Shown here piece after piece: positions 7,730 through 13,936 of a DNA stretch of 13,936 nt. Origin of the DNA: Chthonomonadales bacterium (lineage in GTDB: Bacteria > Armatimonadota > Chthonomonadetes > Chthonomonadales > Chthonomonadaceae). Every line of letters begins with the position of its first letter. Position 1 is the first letter of the stretch. Under the pieces are notes generated by a model. That model saw only the letters and a list, made by a program, of their open reading frames with translations. It searched no databases and was not told the origin of the DNA. The stretch spans positions 1 to 13,936 of the forward strand of contig JBBQPO010000162.1 of assembly GCA_038217285.1 (NCBI GenBank), written 5' to 3'. Both the position numbers and the translations under genes were made by a program.

Positions 7730-7740
7730 CCGCATTCGTG

Positions 7741-8877
7741 TTAAGGCGATGGCTGACCGGCGGCAAAGAGGAAGGCACGCGCTACGCTTGCCTGTCCCAG
7801 CAGCTCGATCTTCTTGCGCTCCGCTGCCTCCTCGGGTGCGGCTCTGTCCCAACGGTCGTTGTAATGCCCCTCGCTGTCGCGGCCCTTCTCCTGCACAAAG
7901 ACGAGAGCCCGCGTCACGATATCGCGCCATTGCGGATTTTTGTCTTCCTTTTCGAGCGCAAAGAACGCCTCGCACAGATGATGCGCGAACATACCAGGGT
8001 CGGCGATGGCGCCCGTCTCCTTCTGAAACCAGTGCGCCTCCGAGGCTTTCGCGATCCGCTCCGCTTCGTCCAGATACTTCTGTTCGCCGGTGATTTTATG
8101 AAACAGGGCATCGGCGCGCAGCATCAGTGCGGTGTTGTAAGTGAACTTCGTCTTATCCAGTTTGCCGTCGAGTTTGACGTTGTCCCAGTACAGTCCATCG
8201 GTGTCCTGCAGGTGCGCGTTCGTCCAGAGGTAGAGACGCTTCGCCGTATCGAGATAGTCGGCCTTGTGCGTCACTTCATAGAGGCGCAGCGCCGCGACAA
8301 TGGCAGGACCATTCGAACAGGTGTTCTTGCTCTTCTTTTCCTGCTCATGCCAGTACAACCCGCCGCCCAACTGGTTGTCCTCTCCGCTCATCACGAACTT
8401 GAACGTCTTCTCGGCGCGGTCGAGATCGTCGGCATCGCCAGTCACCTCATACGCCTCGACCAGCCCCATCACCACCCACTCGTTATCGTCGTAGTAGCGA
8501 TCCGGAGATTTGGGTCCGGGCAGCACGTCGTAACCGGGGACCGGATCAGCCTTCGACCAGTAGACGTCTAGCCCGGTGACATAACGGCGCACGAGAGGTA
8601 GATAGGTCGGCTTATCGAGGCGGGCGGCGGCGGTGAGTGCGGTCAACTGAACACCGCAGGCCCACGTAAACGCCGGTTCATTCTCTCGCCTCTTGCCGTT
8701 ATGGAGGGCATCGGCGTAGATGGAGCGGGCGGGCATACTATACTCTGTCTCGATCTGCCCCATAGCGGACAGTCCCCACGACTTAAAGTCGGGTTTGGCC
8801 TGCGCCACGGCAGAATGCGGCAGAAGCGCGACCAAGAGACACAGAAAGGCAGAAGAAAGCAGATTTTTGCGTAACAA
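7741..8877 (-). CDS. Secreted glycoside hydrolase family 76 (alpha-1,6-mannanase-like, (alpha/alpha)6 barrel)
   Basis: TTG start with AAGGAGGT RBS. Sec signal ending AVA-Q. GH76 motifs YYDDNEW (catalytic DD), GGGLYW, KNTCSNGPA, DGLYWD, FTYNTALM. Confidence 0.9.
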   Translation of the reverse strand: MLRKNLLSSAFLCLLVALLPHSAVAQAKPDFKSWGLSAMGQIETEYSMPARSIYADALHNGKRRENEPAFTWACGVQLTALTAAARLDKPTYLPLVRRYVTGLDVYWSKADPVPGYDVLPGPKSPDRYYDDNEWVVMGLVEAYEVTGDADDLDRAEKTFKFVMSGEDNQLGGGLYWHEQEKKSKNTCSNGPAIVAALRLYEVTHKADYLDTAKRLYLWTNAHLQDTDGLYWDNVKLDGKLDKTKFTYNTALMLRADALFHKITGEQKYLDEAERIAKASEAHWFQKETGAIADPGMFAHHLCEAFFALEKEDKNPQWRDIVTRALVFVQEKGRDSEGHYNDRWDRAAPEEAAERKKIELLGQASVARAFLFAAGQPSP

Positions 8878-9048
8878 CAGTTACCTCCTTACAGGCGACA
8901 ACCAGGAATAGCAGTTAGACATATTTTTCGCTTCTGAGGTGTCATTTCCTGCACGAATGAATGAGGACGAATGGTTAGTATACCCAGAATACGTTCTCAA
9001 GCACTACCCGCATATCCGTCAAAGTTAATAGGAGCGATCACCTCTACC

Positions 9049-9771
9049 TCATGGGCGGGTGGACGCTGAAACAACCTCATGCCATTCCAAACTATCAGGT
9101 AGGCGTGTATTGGCATATTCTATGTGGATTACCCGCCGGTGGCTCGGAGACTGTGCCGCCGACGAAGCATGCAACAAGAGAGGCCGCATCAACAGGGCTC
9201 CTCCGCATTCAACTTCACAGACTATTTCCGGACCCTGTGAGCGCAATGCCACGATTTGGTTAGAATCCAACTTGCCGTGACGATGGGTACCAGGCAAGAC
9301 ACACAACGGACCATTCGTCACAGGACAGGCGTCTAAGTGCAAGCGTACCGTCACCATACGTTCAAGCAGTGAGACGGGAGCCTGCGCATGAAGGACGCCG
9401 GCTTTGTAGGACCACGGGCCGAAGCCCTCAACGTCAATCCGAACCGCGAGAGCCACGGAGAGATCCTGGTGCCAGGGAACTTTCCAATTGGCGTCGGCCA
9501 ACTTGTCAAAATAGAGAGCCCGTACTGCGAAGCACTCGGAGCCAAGGTAGGGCTCCACGAGAGTACGTACCGGTTGCGATGCGGCCAGTCTGCAAATACT
9601 GGGCATTGTCTGGAACAGGTTTCGCAGCGCATACATACGGTCGGTCGCAGGGGCGTCCCTTCGATGTTGTTCCTGTTGCATCTCCTCAATGAGGTCTGCA
9701 ACTGCGGTTTCATCAATCACCTGAGACACAATGGCAAATCCATTTTGGTCAAAGGCGCTGTTAAGACCCAT
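9049..9771 (-). CDS. Phytanoyl-CoA dioxygenase (PhyH) family 2OG-Fe(II) oxygenase
   Basis: FDQNGFAIV N-terminus, FDKLADANWKVPWHQD (HxD), LHLDAC..NGPLCVLPGTH, LLLHASS, RRVIHIEY. ATG at 9771 has a GAGGA RBS; alternative start at 9783. Confidence 0.9.
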   Translation of the reverse strand: MGLNSAFDQNGFAIVSQVIDETAVADLIEEMQQEQHRRDAPATDRMYALRNLFQTMPSICRLAASQPVRTLVEPYLGSECFAVRALYFDKLADANWKVPWHQDLSVALAVRIDVEGFGPWSYKAGVLHAQAPVSLLERMVTVRLHLDACPVTNGPLCVLPGTHRHGKLDSNQIVALRSQGPEIVCEVECGGALLMRPLLLHASSAAQSPSHRRVIHIEYANTRLPDSLEWHEVVSASTRP

Positions 9772-9902
9772 CTGCTTCCTCATGTTTCAGCTTCCGTCAT
9801 CCAGTAGGCGAGGAGACGCGGGAACGATTCGCAGGTTTCTCTCGTCCTTTGGGTAGCCTTCACCGGAAGGCATACTTTATAAGATGGATGAGGCATACCA
9901 CA

Positions 9903-10172
9903 ATGACCGGACTAATCAAAACCAATCCCGAAATCGCACCGAACCCGGAACACCGAGAAGGGCCTGTCGCGCGCTCGATCGAGCAGCAGACCGCCAAGCT
10001 GCCTTCCGACCTGTTCCTCTGGGCAGCGCTTGGATCCATTGCCGTCTCGCTGGTCTGCCAGGTGAAAGGCAAAGACAAGACGGCGAACTTTATCGGCCAT
10101 TGGGCGCCCACCATCCTGATTCTGGGCCTCTACAATAAGCTCGTAAAGCTTGAAGGCTCGGATGGGCGCTGA
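9903..10172 (+). CDS. Small conserved hypothetical membrane protein (89 aa)
   Basis: ATG at 9903 after GAGG. Sequence EGPVARSIEQQTAKLPSDLFLWAALGSIAVSL...FIGHWAPTILILGLYNKLVK has two hydrophobic segments and normal high-GC codon usage; it resembles an uncharacterised family I recall from several phyla. Confidence 0.8.
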   Translation: MTGLIKTNPEIAPNPEHREGPVARSIEQQTAKLPSDLFLWAALGSIAVSLVCQVKGKDKTANFIGHWAPTILILGLYNKLVKLEGSDGR

Positions 10173-10329
10173 ATGCAAAGGAGGCTCCAGATGCGATTGA
10201 CGAAAAAACTTCGAAATCCATGAAGGAGAGTGCGATCCTAGAAAATGGGAGGTTCTGTGCTGTATTGTGTGGCGGCAGAGACCCTGCTTGCGAAGCCGTG
10301 TAATACAGAGAGCCTCCCCGTGCAGTCGG

Positions 10330-13152
10330 TCAGGCGCGGACGGAACCGCCTTGCCGTTTTAGCGCCGGATCGACCGCCAAGCCTGCCGCCGCGACATCGA
10401 AATCTCGATCCAGAAACGCACCCACTGCCGCCGCCGTACCCAGTGGATCGCGCAGGATCGCATCATACTCCAGCGGCAGCACTGCGATCTCAGACCTTGC
10501 CTCCAGCCACTTTACCACCCGCTGCTCCTGCGCGCCGTACTCGCGCATCAGCGCCTCGTCCGTCAGGTTCGCCGCCTGCTCCTCACGCCCCAAGCGCGCC
10601 AGCATCTTTTCCTGTGACGCCACCACGGCACTCAGGTTCCTCTGGATCACGATGAGCTTGTAGCTCTCCCCACGCGGTAAGAATGGCGCCAGCGGCATCA
10701 CAAGCTTTACGGCCTTGCCCCGGGCCTCCGAGATCCACTCCTTGTCCTGGTGCAGATGTGTTGCCCGCTCGAGCTCGTAGTAACCGCGCGGGTTATCCTC
10801 GTCCGCCTTTCTCAGGCCATCCGTCAGGGCCGGCACTCCTCCCGCCGCGAGCAACTGCATCAGCATCGACGTTCCACTGCGTGGCAAACCGCATACGATC
10901 ACCACCTCTTGTTCTCGATTCGCCCGCGAATCGGCGTGTCCGGCGCGGCGCGGAAACAGGGGCCGCGCCAGTTGTGTCGGCGCTGCTTCCCACTCCGGCT
11001 CCGCCTTCGCCGCTTGCTGCTTCACCCGATACGTCTTCTTAAGTTGCTCTGCACGCACATGGGAGAGCGCCGCGTCCTGCAAGCGATCGAGATGATCCGC
11101 GTAGAGCCGCGACAGCAGTTCGTGCGCCTTCGTATAGCCGGGAGACTGGGACAGTGCGATTCGCAGTGGTTGCTCCGCAGCGGCATAGTCTCTCAGGCCC
11201 ATCAGGGCGTGCGCCATGACGTAGTGCATCGCAGGCTGGAAGTAGACCAGGCTCAGCGACTGCGCCGCCATATCCAGGGCGGCCTGATAGCGTCTGGCCT
11301 CCAGATGCAGTCGCGCCCCCAGCGAGAGCGCCTGGTAGTTCTCGGGGTCCGCCGCCAGCGCCTTGCGCACCAGCGTCATCGAGCGGGACGAGTCTCGGTT
11401 GCGCGCGAACCGCATGGCCGCCAACACGGCGGGCACGGGTGTCCCCAGTTGTTCGCACACGGCCGCCAGCGCTGCAAAACTCTTATGAGCCCCGGCGAGA
11501 GCGCTCCCTTCGCTGTCCAGTAAGAACCGCAGCACGGCCCGCTGCAGCACATAGCCCCCCGCAATCTCCCGCAGCTCGGCCCGTTCATGGGCCTCTCGCT
11601 GGTCTGCGGGCCTCTGCACCGTATCCAGATCTGCGGCAGCCTTCTCGGCGGTGCGTCGTTCCAGATCCGCCAGGGCCTTCGGGGCCGACTCGACGCAACA
11701 GACATCGTAGGCATCGAGCCGTTGTCGCGCCTCCTCCAGTCGTCCGGTGGAAAGCAGGGCATGGAACAGGTGCTCCGTCGCACGGTGGTCATCGGGCCTG
11801 GCAGCCAGCATCTGTTCATAGAGTGAGATCGAGAGATCGTAGCGGTTTTCATCGTCGTAGGCGCGGGCGAGGTTGTACTTGAGCTCCGCAACGCACTCCT
11901 GGATCTGGGTCTGCACATCCTCGGGCGGCGGCGCCACGTATCCCAGGGCGATCAACTGCTTCATCGCCTCCGCCGAGGCCACCGGGTCCAGCCGCGTCTC
12001 CGGCGGATGCTGCCCGCTCTCGCCCCCAACGCTCTCCCACGACGGGATAGTCCGCACCTTGCCCGGCTCCTCCAGTGCATTGAGCAGCACCTTGCCGTCC
12101 ATATCCTCCCCCACCGGCAGTCCGAACAGGTGCAGGATCGTGGGAGCGACATCGAGGATCACGCCGCCGTAAAGCGGGCCACCCTGCCGGATGCCTGGTC
12201 CAGCCATGCAGATCATGCCGAAATGGCGGTGTTCGACGGCGGGGCCAGCCGCTTCCGCCGGCATGGTGGCGACCCGACGAGCGTCAGAGTGGAAGCCGTG
12301 GTCGCTCATGACGATCACGGTGACCTCCGGCCCAGCCAGTTGCAGGAGGCGCCCCAGCATGGCATCATGGTAGAGATAGCAGTTGGCGACGACATGCTGG
12401 TAGAGGTCGAAATCCTCCTCTGTGATCCAGGGCAGACGAGGAGGATGATAGCCCATGAAGCTGTGACAGAAGTGATCGACCGCATCGTAGTAGACGGCGG
12501 CGAAGTCCCACTCGGAGTGCTCCAGAGCCTCCGTGGCGGCGGCATGGGTGGAAGTCGTCTCCGCGATCATGCGGGCGAGCACATGGAGGCGCTTGTCCTT
12601 CTCCTGATCGACCCTTTCGTAGGCGGGCACAAAGAGGCGAAGAACCTCACCCGGCAGTTCCATCGGGGTGACACGCAGATCGGCCAGTCGGTCTGCCCAC
12701 GCGGGGGGATGAACGGAGTTGGGCGCCATAAGGGGCGGCTCCGTACCATCACCGGCCTTGTGGTAGAAGTCGGACACCATGATCCCGTCGAGAGGTTCCG
12801 CCGGATGAGAGGGCCACCACCCCACGACGACAGACCGCTTCTGATTCTGATTGAGGATGTTCCAGACCGCCTTGGCGGTGCGGCTCAGCACGGAGATGGG
12901 GCGCACGCCTGCCCCACCCGGTATCGGCTCGGTGAAGCCGTGGATGCCGTGCTTGCCGGGGCGTTTGCCCGTGGCGATGGAGGACCAGAGCATGGGGCTG
13001 AGAGCGGGGTAGAGTGTGGCGAGGTTGCCGCTCACGCCGCTTTCGATAAGGCGGGCGAGGTGCGGCATACTCCCCTGGTCCAGCAGCGGCCGGATCACCT
13101 TCCAATCGGCGGCATCCCAGCCGACGAGCAGAACTTTACGCCCATTGATCAT
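10330..13152 (-). CDS. Fusion protein: alkaline-phosphatase-superfamily (type I phosphodiesterase/NPP-like) domain + TPR region + C-terminal PAPS-dependent sulfotransferase domain
   Basis: N-terminus: LVGWDAADW, ATLYPALSPMLWSSIATG, DAVDHFCH, MSDHGF, DVAPTILHLFG. Middle: helical TPR-like repeats (YNLARAY, ADPENYQAL, HYVMAHAL). C-terminus: 5'-PSB loop GLPRSGTSMLMQLL, DNPRGYYE, 3'-PB motif IQRNLSAVVASQ. RBS GAGAGG; no signal peptide. Confidence 0.9.
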   Translation of the reverse strand: MINGRKVLLVGWDAADWKVIRPLLDQGSMPHLARLIESGVSGNLATLYPALSPMLWSSIATGKRPGKHGIHGFTEPIPGGAGVRPISVLSRTAKAVWNILNQNQKRSVVVGWWPSHPAEPLDGIMVSDFYHKAGDGTEPPLMAPNSVHPPAWADRLADLRVTPMELPGEVLRLFVPAYERVDQEKDKRLHVLARMIAETTSTHAAATEALEHSEWDFAAVYYDAVDHFCHSFMGYHPPRLPWITEEDFDLYQHVVANCYLYHDAMLGRLLQLAGPEVTVIVMSDHGFHSDARRVATMPAEAAGPAVEHRHFGMICMAGPGIRQGGPLYGGVILDVAPTILHLFGLPVGEDMDGKVLLNALEEPGKVRTIPSWESVGGESGQHPPETRLDPVASAEAMKQLIALGYVAPPPEDVQTQIQECVAELKYNLARAYDDENRYDLSISLYEQMLAARPDDHRATEHLFHALLSTGRLEEARQRLDAYDVCCVESAPKALADLERRTAEKAAADLDTVQRPADQREAHERAELREIAGGYVLQRAVLRFLLDSEGSALAGAHKSFAALAAVCEQLGTPVPAVLAAMRFARNRDSSRSMTLVRKALAADPENYQALSLGARLHLEARRYQAALDMAAQSLSLVYFQPAMHYVMAHALMGLRDYAAAEQPLRIALSQSPGYTKAHELLSRLYADHLDRLQDAALSHVRAEQLKKTYRVKQQAAKAEPEWEAAPTQLARPLFPRRAGHADSRANREQEVVIVCGLPRSGTSMLMQLLAAGGVPALTDGLRKADEDNPRGYYELERATHLHQDKEWISEARGKAVKLVMPLAPFLPRGESYKLIVIQRNLSAVVASQEKMLARLGREEQAANLTDEALMREYGAQEQRVVKWLEARSEIAVLPLEYDAILRDPLGTAAAVGAFLDRDFDVAAAGLAVDPALKRQGGSVRA

Positions 13153-13209
13153 CGTGGAGGTTTCCTCTCGGAGCGTTGTTTGCCGCCGATTTCGCCTACG
13201 GCCCGGTTA

Positions 13210-13299
13210 GGAGACGTACAACAATAACTGCTTCATATTCGCCTCCAATTTGATCTCATTCGTGGCGAAAATGTGAAGCGTTAATTGTTGCGGCTGTCC
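13210..13299. repeat. 90-bp palindromic MITE/REP-like element, copy B
   Basis: Imperfect 16-bp terminal inverted repeats GGAGACGTACAACAAT / ATTGTTGCGGCTGTCC, flanked by TTA at 13207-13209 and 13300-13302 (the PEP-CTERM gene's TAA stop). Homologous to 1053..1142. Confidence 0.75.
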
Positions 13300-13833
13300 T
13301 TAGTTCCGCAAGGCTTTCAACCGGCGCACTCCCACCGCACCCAGGGTGAGCGCGCTGAAGGCAGCCAGAACAATGGGTGCGGACGGCTCGGGAACGGGGC
13401 TTGTCACGATCTTTGCTCCGGACGCGTCGTAGGCATAAGCGATGATATGCAGGTTCAAATTCGCGTGGGAGTTGTCGGTCAGGCTGGTTTCGATATAGCC
13501 ATAGTCGGTATTTCCGGTCGTGGTATCCTTGAACCGGAACGCGATGAACCTATCCGTGAATTTAGAGCTGTTGAATATATGACATGAATGCCCACTGGCA
13601 GTTCCGATTTGATTATGCGTTCTACCGGCACCAGCCAGTATTAAACTAAACCCACTGCTAACACTCCCTCTTACGTAGACATGGGTGCCTATCGGCTTGA
13701 AACTAATGTCATTAATTTGTGCATGACCACTTGTCGTAAACAAGCTCCTGATGAGCTTGAACTGATTGGCGCCGGGCAGCGCGGAGGTAAAGGATGCTAG
13801 AAGCGCGGTCGGAAACGGCCTTTTCGGCGGCAC
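13300..13833 (-). CDS. PEP-CTERM sorting-domain surface protein, apparently lacking its N-terminus/signal peptide (possible remnant)
   Basis: C-terminus VPEPS + hydrophobic helix (APIVLAAFSALTLGAVGV) + basic tail RRLKALRN. Preceding domain FIAFRF...YGY...IIAYAYDASG..I. The GTG start has no RBS and there is no signal peptide. Confidence 0.8.
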   Translation of the reverse strand: MPPKRPFPTALLASFTSALPGANQFKLIRSLFTTSGHAQINDISFKPIGTHVYVRGSVSSGFSLILAGAGRTHNQIGTASGHSCHIFNSSKFTDRFIAFRFKDTTTGNTDYGYIETSLTDNSHANLNLHIIAYAYDASGAKIVTSPVPEPSAPIVLAAFSALTLGAVGVRRLKALRN

Positions 13834-13851
13834 TGGGAATACGGCGTGATT

Positions 13852-13936
13852 TCAGGTGAGATCAGGCTCCCAACGGCATTTCGCCAGCCCAAGGCAACCC
13901 AGAGCGGACCAAAAAGCCAACAACAGCCCGCACACA
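13852..13936 (-). CDS. Possible 3' end of an upstream membrane-protein gene
   Basis: Open frame from the window edge, VCGLLLAFWSALGCLGLAKCRWEPDLT*, with a hydrophobic stretch. Too short to be sure. Confidence 0.3.
   Translation of the reverse strand, partial: VCGLLLAFWSALGCLGLAKCRWEPDLT

Noticed and set aside
5919-8571. Long + strand ORFs 5919..7622 and 7606..8571
   Set aside because: Antisense to transketolase and GH76, which carry clear family motifs.
10750-13227. + strand ORFs 10750..11523 and 12007..13227
   Set aside because: Antisense shadows of the 940-aa fusion gene.
13200-13302. Canonical integron attC reading of the 90-bp element
   Set aside because: RYYYAAC/GTTRRRY boxes are not at the expected ends in both copies, no integrase is present, and the genes between the copies are ordinary chromosomal genes rather than a cassette array.
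13560-13745. Diversity-generating retroelement variable region
   Set aside because: No template repeat or reverse transcriptase in the window, and no AAY-derived codon pattern.
13834-13936. Selenocysteine or TGA read-through joining the upstream hydrophobic segment to the PEP-CTERM ORF
   Set aside because: Being in frame has a 1-in-3 chance; no convincing SECIS hairpin or redox motif; other genes here use TGA as a stop.
1-13936. CRISPR array, tRNA/rRNA genes, transposase or integrase genes
   Set aside because: No regularly spaced direct repeats, cloverleaf or rRNA signatures, or DDE/tyrosine-recombinase motifs seen.

Overview
High-GC bacterial window (diderm, judging by the PEP-CTERM and lipoprotein sorting signals); all but one gene lies on the minus strand. 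In + order: a partial lipoprotein gene (1..800), its full-length tandem paralog with a C-terminal 7-repeat beta-propeller-like domain, a DUF1854-like gene, a 3'-truncated ABC exporter preceded by a sigma70 promoter and a leader-peptide attenuator, transketolase, a secreted GH76 glycoside hydrolase, a PhyH-type 2OG-Fe(II) dioxygenase, a small conserved membrane protein (+ strand), a 940-aa alkaline-phosphatase-superfamily/TPR/sulfotransferase fusion, and a PEP-CTERM protein lacking its N-terminus. The three most notable observations are: (i) two copies, 12 kb apart, of a 90-bp palindromic element, each abutting the TAA stop of a surface-protein gene and flanked by a TAA direct repeat; (ii) a terminator/antiterminator attenuator with a Cys-rich leader peptide ahead of the ABC-DUF1854 pair; (iii) a candidate surface-protein sulfation module. 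All counts and alignments were done by eye and no database searches were run.
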